Part shown: positions 14,528 to 28,106 of the stretch, piece after piece
How positions within the stretch are numbered: position 1 is the first letter of the stretch
How the letters are laid out: each line of letters begins with the position of its first letter
NCBI GenBank assembly: GCA_951406725.2
Contig: OX597828.1
Coordinates: 35,526,001 to 35,590,000 of the forward strand
Direction of reading: 5' to 3'
Length of the DNA stretch: 64,000 nt
DNA from: Octopus vulgaris
Taxonomy: Eukaryota
The notes under the pieces: model-generated
Databases searched by the model: none
What the model saw: only the letters and a program-made list of their open reading frames with translations
What the model was told of the DNA's origin: nothing
Position numbers and translations under genes: made by a program

Positions 14528-14616
14528 GCATACATTTATACATACATATATGTGTGTGTATATATACATATATATACATACATATATATATTTATATATT
14601 TACACACACACACACA

Positions 14617-14667
<51 letters not shown>

Positions 14668-15145
14668 GCATCCACTTTCCTTTCAATGCATGCAACTTCA
14701 TTGATACATAGAAATATCCTACCTCCTCCTCTCGTAATTAAGCAACCTTCCTCCTCCGCCCTCTTCATCTGATATATAGTGTATGTGTGTGTGCGTGAGG
14801 TGGTGGAGGGGGTTGCATTTTCATTGGTTTGTTCTTTATTTCTTCACCAATTGCTGGTATGATGGCTTTAAGGAATCATTGATAACAAGAGGAGATAGCC
14901 ACAGAAACTAATGTAGAACATGTGTGCATAACACATACACCTGTGCAAATATACTTGTGCACACATATCTGTATGTATCTATGTACACACACAAACAAGA
15001 GCCGGCGCAGGTGTGTGTCACTTCAAAAGTTTGAGTATATATGTACACATATATAAATAAATAAATATGTAATTTATAAGCATGTATATGCATACATATA
15101 TACATACATGCATACATACCTACATATATATATACATGCACACAC

Positions 15146-15183
<38 letters not shown>

Positions 15184-15334
15184 TCATACATATATATGTA
15201 TTTACATGCACACACAGACTATATATATATATATATGTACATGAAAATATGTACATATTCATACATATATATGTATTTACATGCACACACAGACTATATA
15301 TATATATATATGTACATGAAAATATGTACATATA

Positions 15335-15392
<58 letters not shown>

Positions 15393-15600
15393 CGTGTGTG
15401 TATACATTTATACTGTCTGTCTGTGTGTTTGTGTGTGTATATGCATTTATATAAGAACACACAAGAACGAAGAAATGAGCGTGTATACATATATACATAT
15501 TAAAACATATACACGCATGCCTGCATAAACGCAACAAAATGAAGCATAGAGACAAACTCATAAGAGGCATACATGTGAAATGTACATAGACACACAGAAG

Positions 15601-15659
<59 letters not shown>

Positions 15660-16082
15660 GATATACTCTTATAAATGAAAGTGAAGAATTTGTAAACTAA
15701 GGAAATTTACCAAGAATTCTTTACTTTCTGCAATCATGTCTGTGTAAATAAAGAGTTGCTCTAATTTAATTAACATAATCCCTCTAACCATTTCCTACAT
15801 CTAAAGAATGAGAAAACTTTACATTTGTCGTCTACAATTCATTGTCCATTCACTTTCATTCATACAAGCTTTTCTGATCAGACCATCAGGAAAACAAACA
15901 AACAAACAATGGCTTGTGGTGTTCCTTCCATCCTGTGATGTCCTGAGTTCATATTGCTCTGGAGTCATAGGTACCAGTCACATATTGGGCTCAACATAAC
16001 TGACTTACTACTTCACCCCCAAAATTTCTTGCCTTGTACCTATAGCAGAAAGGATTATTATTATTATCATTATTACTATTAC

Positions 16083-16119
<37 letters not shown>

Positions 16120-16590
16120 ATATGAAAACTCACAACTTATTTTGTTGGGTATGATGGACAGTGTCAGCTGTCCACAGCCAGCAGACTAAGGTGACACTTG
16201 TTTACTGGTCATGCTTCAAGAACCCTGTGAAGAATTCTTGCAGTTCTAAGCAATGCTAACTTTTGAAGGTGTTCTGCCTTCACACTTGCACCAATGTTTT
16301 TTTAGCCATTCTGATAGTTGAGTGCTGATACTTCCAACTGGGCCAATTACTATTGGTATTATGTCTACTCTCCTCATTGACCACAATCTTCGTATTTCCC
16401 ACTTTAAATCGTCATAGTTGTTTTTTTTTTCTTCTTCCACATTGATCCTGTTGTCACCTGGGCATGCTCCGTCGATTATCATACATGTTCTCTCTTTTTT
16501 ATTCACCTCAACAATGTCCGGTTTTTTATGTCTGGTTGGGTGATCACACAGGTTCATTGCATCCCACAGGATTTTGCAATTCCCATTTTA
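16120..16590 (-). mobile_element. 3' fragment of an R4/Dong-like non-LTR retrotransposon (RLE domain) embedded in (TAA)n
   Basis: ORF 16246-16557: KPDIVEVNKKERTCMIIDGACPGD...KKNNYDDLKWEIRRLW...IIPIVIGPVG (PD..D restriction-like endonuclease); (ATT)n arrays on both sides. Confidence 0.85.
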
Positions 16591-16593
16591 TTA

Positions 16594-16643
<50 letters not shown>

Positions 16644-17831
16644 GAGTGACCTGGAAGCTCAATAATAATAATGTTTTTGTTTCATCCTTCCCCGAGGCCC
16701 TTTTCCAGTGAATTCATGAACCACCTCATTTTAATAGGTACTATATAATGTTGGCCCCACCTCAATAACCACATGCCCTTTTTTGGCTAAGACCTGTCAG
16801 CTTAATACGATATGGTTAAGTGTTCCTCCCCATTTTTACATATCCAGCAGTTATTAATAGTAATTCTCCTTCATTTCATGCTTTGGAGTGGGGGTGGACA
16901 TGGTAGGAAGCCTTGACCTTGTGTTGCAATCAAGAACCCTTCAGCCTCCACTTTCAGTTCTGTACTTCTCAGTCGATGTTTTCTGGGTTTTCTTCAGTCC
17001 CCATCTTCTTCTACTATTCATATTCTCACGTACTGGACATGCAGAGTATTTTATTGCTGTCTTTATATTATGGCCTTCTGAAGCTCCAGTTTTAGTTTTT
17101 TCCTAATTATATTTTCCTTTTTATTTCTCTATTTTCTTCTTAACAATCTGTCATTTCAGCTTCTGTTTTATATTTATTGGCTTCCTTGAAATCAGAAAAT
17201 ACTTTTCTTTCCTTTTGTTCTGTTTTGTAGCTGTTCATATCAATTTTCTATTATTTTCTTTTGCTAAGTACTTTTATAGTCTTTCTGTGGATATTATAAA
17301 ATAGTTTTCAGCCACATGAGATCCCTACCTTTTTTGTATTCACAACAAATAGAATTTTCTTAGGTCAGATTTTGAGTGTATTTATTCTAAATGTTATTAT
17401 TATTATTATTTTTTTCATTTTTTTTTCAAATTACTAGTTTGTTTAGCATCCACTTCAGAATATTGTAACCATGACAAATTACTGGATCAGCTACAGTGTT
17501 TATGCCAATTACCTTATTTCTTTTGCATTTAGTTTTAGTTATTTATCTTTATTTATATTTCAAGTATTTAAATATTTATCAAATATGTCCACAATAAACC
17601 TTTCTTATCTTCTGTTTCATATATGTTTGTATTGTACTTTGTCTATTTCATTGATTATTAAGTATTTGCATATGTCTGCATTATAATACTTTTATTTCAC
17701 TTTCCTTGTCAAGCATGATAATGATATTCTTAATTAATTTTCCTATTTTGTAAGTCTGTGTACTATCTGTGGTAATGTTTCTAATTTTTGTTTCTTCTTT
17801 TTGTTTTTTTATCATCTGTACACATAGATGT

Positions 17832-18386
17832 ACTGGCTTCAGTACATCTATATTCACGCATCTTTTCCCGCCTAACAGCTTCGTATTTGAGAGAAGTAAA
17901 TGTATTAGTTCATATTAGTTTATCGTTGTCACATCAAATTAAATATAACTACCTAAATATGTCACAGCAACCAAACAAAAATTCACCACAGATTTAACTT
18001 GAACTCAAAACCTGTGAATTGTAAATCAATTTTTTTTTTTATATCCATTTAGTTATTTCGCTTCTCCACCATTTTCACAATATCTGTTTTATTATCGAGT
18101 TTATACCAAAGTTCCCAAGTTTCAAGATTTTTTAGATAAATATAAAAGGAAAACAGAACCATGCTATTACTGCTCACTTGTAAAGAGGCCCTGTACACAA
18201 TGTCTGGATGACTGTCTCAATGATGAAACTAACAGTTCATTGATCAAGCATTCGAGCAAATAATTATATTAACAAGACTGCATTTCAAGTAGAAACACAA
18301 CCGGTGACTAACACTGGCTTCAGTACATCTATATTCACGCATCTTTTCCCGCCTAACAGCTTCATATTTGAGAGAAGTAAATGTAT
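17832..18386 (+). repeat. Pair of ~74-bp direct repeats (17832-17905 and 18313-18386)
   Basis: ACTGGCTTCAGTACATCTATATTCACGCATCTTTTCCCGCCTAACAGCTTC[G/A]TATTTGAGAGAAGTAAATGTAT occurs twice with one mismatch. Confidence 0.9.
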
Positions 18387-18730
18387 GTGTTTGCACGTTT
18401 GGGGGTCTGTATATTTGTTTGCACGTATGAATGTGTTTGTGTGTGTGTGTGTTTTCAGGACCTACTTTTGGCAATTTACTGGGATTTTTTTTGTTCTTTG
18501 TTTTTTTTTTGTTTTTTTTAGTTTTTTTTACAAAACTTTCTGAGGAATGACTTATCATAAGTTTGTTGTCACACTGATAAGTTCTTCCCCATTTCTTTAT
18601 TGATTCTTATGTGCTATGTATGATCATATATACATATATATATATATATGCATGTATGTGTGTGGGTGTTAGTATGTGTATGTTAGTATGTATATATATA
18701 TATATACACACACACATATATGCATGTATG

Positions 18731-18768
<38 letters not shown>

Positions 18769-18770
<2 letters not shown>

Positions 18771-19218
18771 TGCAGCTATGGCTGTGTAGTAAGAAGCTTA
18801 CTTCCCAACCACATGGTTCCGGGTTCAGTCCCACTGTCTGGCACCTTGGGCAAATGTCTTATACTATGGCCTCAGGCCAACCAAAGCTTTGTGAATGGAT
18901 TTGGTAGAGGGAAACTGAAACAAGCCCGTCGTATATATATCTGTGTGTGTGTGTGTGTGCGCGCGCGTGCGTGTGTGTGTGTGTGCGTGTGTGTGTGTGT
19001 GTGTTTGTTTGTGTGTCTGTGTTTGTCTCCCCAATATCACTTGACAACCAATGCTGGTATGTTTATGTCCACATAGCTTAGCGGTTCAGCAAACGTGACT
19101 GATAGAATAAGTACCAGGCTTACAAAGAATAAGTTCTGGGGTTGATTTGCTCAACTGAAGCCAGTGCTCCAGCATGACCACTGTCAAATGACTGAAACAA
19201 GTAAAATAATAAAAGAAT
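18769..19218 (+). mobile_element. CORE-like tRNA SINE, full length
   Basis: Same family as 8807-9196, opposite orientation. Confidence 0.85.
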
Positions 19219-19449
19219 ATACACATACATACATGTAAGCAAGGGCACAGCTGTGTGGTTGAGAAGTTCACTTCCTAACTTCATGGATTCAGGTTCAGTC
19301 CCACTGCATAGCACTTTGGGAAAATATCTCAAACTATAGCCCCAAACCAACCAAAGTTTTGAAAGTTGATTTGACAGAACAAAGCTGAAAGTATCCTGCT
19401 GTTTTTTTACTTCTTTTCTTGCAAGTACTTGGTGACCCTGTCATTATAG

Positions 19450-19970
19450 GTGCCACTTAAAAGCACCCAGTCCACACTGTAAAGTGGTTGGCATTTGGAA
19501 GGGCATCCAGCTGTAAAACCCTTGCCAAAACTGACCATGCTTGTGCTTGTGCCATGTAAAAAGCACTATGTCCACTCTGCTAAGTGGTTGGTGTTAGGAA
19601 GGGCATCCAGCTGTAAAAACCCTGCCAAAACAGTCACAGAATTCTAGTGCTGGCTTTGGCCTGACCAGCTCTTGTGGTACCTTCACACCCATGCTGGCAT
19701 GGATGATGGACATTAAATGATAATGATGATGATGATGATGATATATACATACACACACACGTTTGTGTGTCTGTGTCACTTTGTCTTGACATTATACTAG
19801 TGATGTCACTCACCTCCAGTCTTCCCCATGTCCAGCTATGGAGAAATATTGCAGGTGAGACTTGGTTGGAAGAAGAGTACCTGGTCATAGAAAATCTGCA
19901 TCAATGGATTCCATTTAATCCATTCAAGCATGGAATGGTAGATGTTAAAACGTTGATGGTACCTTAAGTA

Positions 19971-20008
<38 letters not shown>

Positions 20009-20260
20009 ATACAGGTAGGTAAATAAATCATGCCAAAACTAACCTCACCTGTGTTAGTGCCACATAAAAAGCACTGTGCTAGGGTCATTGTGCAGAGTAG
20101 TTGGTGTTAGGAAGGGCATCCAGCTGTAAAAACACTGCCAGAACAGACACAGTAGCTTAGGATAGTTTTCCTACCTGGCCAACTCTTGTGAACCATGCTA
20201 TCCATGCTTGCATGGAAGATGGACATTAAACGATGATGATGATGATGATGATGATGATTA
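19450..20260 (+). mobile_element. Cluster of degenerate RTE 3' tails
   Basis: Three GGAAGGGCATCCAGCTGTAAAA motifs (~19497, ~19596, ~20110) and (GAT)n ends. Confidence 0.7.
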
Positions 20261-20349
20261 TGATGTAAATAAATTAGACCAGTGGTTCTCAACCATTTTT
20301 TGCCTATGAACTCTTTCGATTCCTATTTTGCCCTTTGGGTCCCATCTTA

Positions 20350-20813
20350 TTTCTTTACTACCCACAAGGGGCTAAACACAGAGGGGATAAACAAGGACAG
20401 ACAAACAGATTAAGTCAATTATATCGACCCCAGTGTGTAACTGGAACTTATTTAATCGACCCCGAAAGGATGAAAGGCAAAGTCCACCTCGGCGGAATTT
20501 GAACTCAGAACGTAGTGGCAGACGCAATAGCTATTTCTTTATTACCCACAAGGGGCTAAACATAGAGGGGACAAACAAGGACAGACAGAAGTATTAAGTC
20601 GATTACATCAACACCAGTGCGGAACTGGTACTTAATTTATCTACCCCAAAAGGATGAAAGGCAAAGTTGACCTCGGCGGAATTTGAACTCACAACGTAAC
20701 GAAAAACGAAATACGGCTACGCATTTCGCCCGGCGTGCTAACGTTCCTGCCAGCTCGCCGCAATACCGCTAAGCATTTCGCCTGGCGTGCTAAAGTTTAT
20801 ACCAGCTCGCTCG
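20350..20813 (-). mobile_element. Dimeric/composite tRNA SINE (Meta/Sauria-like core) with target-site duplication
   Basis: Two copies of the core (reverse complement GCCTTTCATCCTTT[C/T]GGGGT[C/A]GAT) and two GGCGAGCTGG-type heads; flanked by CCTTTGGGTCCCATCTTA at 20332-20349 and 20814-20831. Confidence 0.85.
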
Positions 20814-20917
20814 CCTTTGGGTCCCATCTTACCCAATGCTGGGGAGATGGCATTTCATGTGTCTTCAGGTTCAGAGTTCAAATTCCACTGAGGTCAGCAT
20901 TGCCTTCCATCCTTGTT

Positions 20918-21165
20918 GTGGCATGTGGCTTTGTGGTTACAAGTGTTAGACTCAATGATCATAAGATTGTGGTTTCGATCCTTTGACCGGGTGATGCATT
21001 GTGTTCTTGAGCAAAACACTTCATTTCACGTTGCTCCAGTCCACTCAGCTGGTAAAAAATAAGTAATCCTGCGACGGACCGGTATCCCAGGTGGGGAATA
21101 TACATGCCATGGAATTGGGAAACTGGCCCTTATGAATCAGTATGACTTGAAAAGGTAACTTGGTA
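20918..21165 (+). mobile_element. Third tRNA-derived SINE family (second copy at ~26240-26420)
   Basis: GTGGTT...GGTTTCGATCC head and TGTGTTCTTGAGCAAAACACTTCATTTCAC core, shared with 26240-26420. Confidence 0.65.
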
Positions 21166-21468
21166 ACTTTATCTAAACCTTTTACTACTGGTCCCCTCCA
21201 CCCCCATAGCCATTTCATGCTTAAAGAAAGCTCATTGGTTTTTTTCTTTTTAATTAAACATCATTAGGAGTTGTGTAAAAAAAATGCTAAAATATTTTGT
21301 TTCTTGTAGGAGTATAACAAATCTATTTCCCATAAGCTTTAATGACAAATGACATGGCTCTGGTTTCAGTCCCAGCACATTCTATAGCCTCGAAATTACC
21401 AAAACCTTGTGAGTGGATTCAGTAAATGGAAACTGAAAGCCCATTGCATACATACATATATATATATA

Positions 21469-21513
<45 letters not shown>

Positions 21514-21570
21514 TAGCATGGAGAACGGACGTTAAACGACGATGATGATATATATATGTATATATATGTA

Positions 21571-21621
<51 letters not shown>

Positions 21622-21622
<1 letters not shown>

Positions 21623-22396
21623 TCATCATCATCATCATCATCATCGTTTAACGTCCGTTCTCCATGCTAGCATGGGTTGGACGGTTCGACCGGGGTTCTG
21701 GGAAGCCAGAAGGCTGCACCAGGCTCCAGTCTAATCTGGCAATGTTTCTACAGCTGGATGCCCTTCCTAACGCCAACCACTCCGTGAGTGTAGTGGGTGC
21801 TTTTTACGTGCCACCTGCACAGGTGCCAGGCGAGGCTGGCAACGGCCACGGTCGGATTGGTGTATTTTATGTGCCACCGGCATGGAAGCCAGTCGAGGCG
21901 GTGCTGGCATCGGCCACGAGTCGGATAGTGCTTTTTACGTACCACCAGACCAGGGATCCTGGCTGGTTCAATTCGATTTCGATTTCGCATGCCCCAACAT
22001 GTCTTCACAAGCAAAGGGGGTTGGCATGGGTGCCTGTCGTACGGTCGCATTGGAGTATTTTACGTGCCACCGGCAGGGAAGCCACGGCCACGAGTCGGAT
22101 AGTGCTTTTTACGTACCACCAGACCAGGGATCCTGGCTGGTTCAATTCGGTTTCGATTTCGCTTGCCCCAACATGTCTTCGCAAGCAATGGGGGTTGGCA
22201 TGGGTGTCTGTCGTCGGATGAGGTTCTATATCGACTTCGCTTGCCTCAACAGGTCTTTGTGTCCAAGGGAGGAAAGGCATTCATAAGTGGGCTGGGCTCA
22301 CTTGTCCTGCCTGGTCTTCTCACGTACAGAATATTTCCAAAGGTCTCGGTCGCTGGTCATTTTCTCAGTGAGGCCTAAAGTTCGAAGGTCGTGCTT
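21622..22396 (-). mobile_element. RTE-LINE 3' end (last RT codons plus 3' UTR)
   Basis: The reverse complement begins AAGCACGACCTTCGAACTTTAGG, as at ~35800, and runs through the tail to (GAT)n. Confidence 0.85.
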
Positions 22397-22439
22397 ATAT
22401 ATATATATGTATGTATATATGTATATATATATACACATA

Positions 22440-22655
22440 TAAAGTTAATCCAAACATGTAAACACAAAGAGAAAACACAACAACGTGCGGACGTGGAACA
22501 AGTATAGTGTTATTGGATGCTCAGGAAAGGAAAGAAAGGAGGATTTAATGTTTTGAGCGGAGCTCTTCATCAGAAACATAGGAAAAGGAAAGATGCAAGG
22601 AAGGGAAGACGGAGGAAAAAAAATCGCCAATGATACACACGCAGTCACATATATT
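22440..22655 (-). mobile_element. Short (TA)n-embedded repeat with a minimal hammerhead motif (probable PLE terminal repeat); partial copy at ~27844-27910
   Basis: Minus strand TTT-CTGATGA-AGAGC-TCC-GCTC-AAAACATT-AAA at ~22543-22577; GAAACGT has decayed to AAAACAT. Confidence 0.6.
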
Positions 22656-23071
22656 GCTATATACACATATAGCTATATATATGAGTGTGTATGTTTTTGT
22701 GTCTGTGTTTGTTCCCCACCACTGCTGGACAACCAGTATTGGTGTATTTACAACACCCATAACTTAGCTGTTTGGCAAAAGAGACCTATAGAATTAGTTC
22801 TAGGTTTTAAATGATAAGTACTGAGGTCAATTTAGTTGTCTAAAAATTCAAGGTAGTGCCCCAGCATGGCCGCAGTCTAATGACTGAAACAATTTAATGA
22901 TAAAAGATGAAAGATTGAATATAAGCGCAGGAGTGGCTATGTGGTAAGAAGCTTGCTTCCCAACCACATGGTTCTGGGTTCAGTCCCACTGCAAGTGTCT
23001 TCAACTATAGCCTCAGACCGAACAAAGACTTGTGAACGTTTTGGTAGATGAAAACTGAAAGAAGCCCGTCG

Positions 23072-23103
<32 letters not shown>

Positions 23104-23334
23104 GTATAGGAAAGAATGGAGCTGAACAAAGATTTAACAAAATTCCTTTATTTATATTTCCTATACTTAATATATAAAACTTCAAATTTCCGCACTAAGG
23201 CACGGATTTTATGCCCCATGGTCGTAACTTCAACCGTGCTCTTTCTGTTGTGATTTTTGCTACCCAGGTATCGGTTATCATTTGAATTATCCGTAATAAG
23301 ATAATTCATTTATCTACTTCAATAATAATAATAA

Positions 23335-23371
<37 letters not shown>

Positions 23372-24179
23372 GTATGTATTATGTATTTGTGTCTGTGTTT
23401 GTCCCGACACCATTGCTTGACAACCGATGTTGGTGCCTTTACGTCCTCATAACTTAGCGGTTTGGCAAAAGAGAGAATAAGTACTAGGCATAAAAAGAAG
23501 TCCTGGAGTCAGTTTTTACAACTAAAAGTGGTGCTCCAGCATGGCTGCAGTCAAACGATTGAAACAAGTAAAAGAATAATAAAAGAATATTTATGAAGCT
23601 CTTCTTGTAACAAGTTCTTGTAACAAGAAACCTGTTCTGCCCCGCCCCTTTCCTTTTATTCTTTACTCTTCTCTACTTGTCATCTCTTATCATAAAGTTG
23701 CTCACCTCAGAGTTTATAGACTTGCAAGCTACATGGCACTGGTGCACCAAATATGTGCTGTAAAAGGGTTGGCATTAGAAAGGGAGGCACCTAGCTGAAG
23801 CAACAGTGTCAGAACAAACGCTGGAATATGATGCAGTCCTTAGGCCTCCATCTGATCCTGTCAAACTGTCCAACCCATACCAGCGTGGAACATGGGCATT
23901 GAATGACGATGGTGGTGGTGGTGGTGGTTTTGGTGCTGCTGCTGCTGGTGTTGTTGTTGTTGCTGTTAAGCAACAAGACAGGTAAGGGTGATTAGGTGAT
24001 GGTTTAGAGCTTAGGGGAGGGAGACCCCAGACCTTGGAAAAAAAAAAACTTTGGTCGTCTTGTTGTAGTCGAGGGCTCTTTGTTGATGCACTACACCACT
24101 GGGAGGTGGCCCTCAAAGTCGCTGGAAATGGAGATCTCCAGGTCCAAATTCTTGGACAGCAGAGTGCTGCTGATGTTGA

Positions 24180-24213
<34 letters not shown>

Positions 24214-24682
24214 GGTGGTGGTGGTGACGATGATGATGACCAGGTAGTGTTGTGTCTAAGTTAGAAATCATTATTTTTGCTGCATCATGTCATATCTCTA
24301 GTATTAATCTTAATCCCCAACAAACTATTATTACCCAAAGCAGTCCTAACAGCAGAACATCTCAATAAATCTCTCAATGTACTTTTATATCAGCAGCAGC
24401 AAAAGTCAGGGGTTTTTTTTCTTTTTACAGTCTGGAGAAAAATTTTTATCCTCTTTCATCCTTCATTTTTTTTAATTCACACATACGCACACATACATAT
24501 ATGCAGGCAAACAAGCATGCAAACATACATGCATACACACACACACACATATAGATCGGTATTATATGTGTGTGTATATATATATATATATATATGCACA
24601 TATATATATGTATAAAGATACGTATATATATGTGTATATATATATACATATATATATGCATATATATGTATGTGTGTATATG

Positions 24683-24777
<95 letters not shown>

Positions 24778-26579
24778 ATGTATGTATGTATGTATATACA
24801 TACATACATTATATATATATATATATATATATATAAATTCAAATCAACCAGAAACATCACAAAGGCAATATAAACTTTCATTGATGGAAGAACTTTCGAT
24901 CGATTTGTTACAAGTTTTCTTTCTTTATTTATTTATTTATTTATTTGTAGGTGAAACGGGTATATTTTTCTTTAGAAATATAATATTTCCTATCTGCTCA
25001 AATCAGCAACAGTAATTCTTTATGAAGAAACATTCAATGTCTGTATCAGTAAAGTTAGATAGAGTGCAGTTCCAAGAATACTTACCATTTTGTTAAGCAA
25101 CTTAAAGAGTTGAATTATGCTAAATTAACCAGAATTTATGCAGAGTGAAATTGAATATCACAATGAGGTTATACACAATGTGTGATTAAATGTTATAGTA
25201 TTTGTGTATATTTGCATATTTGTGTGTATGTAGATGTGTCTTGAATATCACGTGTGTGTATATGTGTCTTGAATATCATGTGTGTGTGTATATGTGTCTT
25301 GAATATTACAAAGAGAAGCACACACGTTATTCTATAATTCTTTTGTGTTTCTATGTATTTGCGTGTATATGTGTGTGTGTGTGTGTGTGTGTTTGTGTGT
25401 GACTTTGTGTGTGCTTGTGTGTGTATTTCTGTTTGTGTAGGTGTGTTTGTGTGTGTATTTGTGTAAGTGTTTTTCTGTGTATGTTTGTTTGTATGTGAGC
25501 TTGTGTGTGTGTGTGTGTGCACGTGTATGTTTGTGTATGAGTTTGTGTGTATTTCTGTTTGTGTGGGTGTTTGTGTAAGTGTTTTTCTGTGTATGTTTGT
25601 GTGTATGTGAGTTTGTGTGTGTTTGTGTTTGTGTGTGTTTCTGTATGTGCTTGTGTGTGTGTGTTTGTGTATGTGTGTGTTTGTGTGTGTGTTCTTGTGT
25701 ACGTAAGTGTGTTCGTGTTTTTGTGTATGTGTGTGTGTTTGTATGTGTGTGTGTGTGTGTGCCTGTGTGTATGTGTGTGTGTTTTACTTTTGCATTTCAT
25801 CCCTGAGTAAGCAGCCACTTAATGATAAGGATTAGTTATTCCTGTTTTATTTTGTTTTGTTGTTTCACAGAAGTTTGATACTTTCTTATGCCAACTAATG
25901 TGGAAACCTATTTGAATCATTACAAGGGTATATAATACTCAGCTTGAAACCATAACCTAATTGTCGTGGGTTCATTTTAAGTACTTAACCTTAGTAGCTC
26001 AATCCACCCAGCTGTAAGTAGGTAACACATGGTGGTAGAGCTCATTGCTGCAAATGATCATTTTCACCATTCTGTGGATGAATGAATATTGATACGTTCC
26101 TGGGAAATACACTTGTTGTTCACTAGTGGTGGCCATCTGTCATGCCAAACAGAGGAATTATTTAGTATGACTGAGAGATATAAAGAGAAAGATTAGTGTA
26201 GAATTAATATTTAATGGAGATGTAATATTTTATGGGTGAAGGTGTGTAGTTTAGTGGTTAGGGTACTAGATTCATGATTGCAAGATTGTGGTTTCAATTC
26301 CCATATTGGCAGTGTGTTGTGTTTTTTGAGCAAAAAGCTTCATTTTACATTACTTCAGTCTGCTGAGATGCAGATGTGTAATCCTACAATGGACTGGCAT
26401 CCTATTCAGAGAGATTATTAGGATCTCAGTCAGGTATACACCATGGAATTTGGGTGACCAATGTTACGAGTCCAAGGATCAAGATTGTACTTGTTTTCTT
26501 AATATTTAATGTTTTGTTGTAAATGCAAGATATACTAACGTAATGTGTTTTTTTTTCTTCTTTCTCTAAATATTCACAG

Positions 26580-26858
26580 ACCGTCCGGCAATTGAACTGA
26601 CAGAAAATTCCACTGTCAGTGAAAGTCAAGACATTACGCTCCAATGTTCAGCCGAAGGTAACCCAAGTCCGCAAGTATCATTGCAATTTGGAGAAGTTTT
26701 ACAAAATGACAGCCATACATTTGAGAATAGTCCTATGTTTCTGGAACTGAAGAATATCAGCAGAAATCAAGCAGGGCAGTACACTTGCACTGCAAAATCA
26801 GAATCACATGTATATGGTGCACTAATATCAGAGAAATCAATGAACCTTGTGGTTCAAT
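26580..26858 (+). CDS. Ig-domain exon (second visible) of the same IgSF gene
   Basis: TACTAAC branch point (26533-26539), pyrimidine tract and CAG acceptor; GTAAGT donor at 26859; 279 bp, phase 1-1. Encodes (Y)RPAIELTENSTVSESQDITLQCSAEGNPSPQV...AGQYTCTAKS...LVVQ. Confidence 0.93.
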
Positions 26859-27032
26859 GTAAGTAGAGTCTTCCATTCTTACCTTTCTCAATATGCTTAT
26901 ATCTATGTACATATATGTGTATATATAGTGTATATATATATATATACACACACATACACACATATATATATACATATATGTATAAATATATATATATATA
27001 TGTATATATATATACACACACAGACAAATATA

Positions 27033-27068
<36 letters not shown>

Positions 27069-27424
27069 TGTATGTATGTATGTATGTATGTATGTGTGTA
27101 TGTATGTATGTATGTATGTATGTATGTATGTATGTATGTATGTATGTATGCATGTATGTATATTTTGTAACGCTGACATTGAATATATTTTTAGATTTTG
27201 GTTGTGGGTGGTGAAAGTTTTATTCTATTTTTTTTTAAATTATCTTTTTTTCACAAAGATTTCTTTAGACAGTATAAATTCAATTTACATATTTATAAAG
27301 ATATTATTTATTTCTGGGTAAACTGTTATAGCAATGATAACTTACATGCTGTTTTTAATTGCTGGATATAAAACAAAGAAAAAATAATAATAATTCATGT
27401 ATTAATATGTGTATGTATATATGC

Positions 27425-27493
<69 letters not shown>

Positions 27494-27513
27494 TATATGT
27501 GTATATATGTGTG

Positions 27514-27558
<45 letters not shown>

Positions 27559-28029
27559 GTATATATATGTAATATTTGTCTTTTCATTATGCTTTTATGC
27601 CACATTTAAGATTCCTTCAATGGATTCTTTGGAATACTATTGGAATCATGGATTACCTTACAACATCGTCTGTAATTCCTCTATGCCTCCCTTACACTTA
27701 TAATGGATTACTTCACTGTCTGCTCCACATGATTCTGTCTGGCCAATTAGTGGCATACTTCACTTTGATATGCCTTGATCCTCTATGAATCCATTGTAAT
27801 CGAAATTGCATGTATCTATCTATCTGTCTATATATATATATATAAAGTTAATCCAAACATGAAAGCACAAAAAAAAACACAACACTGCGAGGACATGGAA
27901 CAAATATAGTATATATATATATACATATATATATACATATATATACATATATATATATTTTCTGAAGGGTACGGTATTATATATCCATTATAGCTGATCT
28001 TACCAATTGGTTTCACTCTAGGGATTCCA

Positions 28030-28071
28030 TGTATCTGTCAATCTAACCTATCTATCCATCTATGTCTCTAC

Positions 28072-28106
<35 letters not shown>

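Noticed and set aside
25871-25928. Good-looking acceptor (TTTCACAG) with a possible short exon
   Set aside because: Stops in all three frames and a weak donor; a poison exon cannot be excluded without RNA data.
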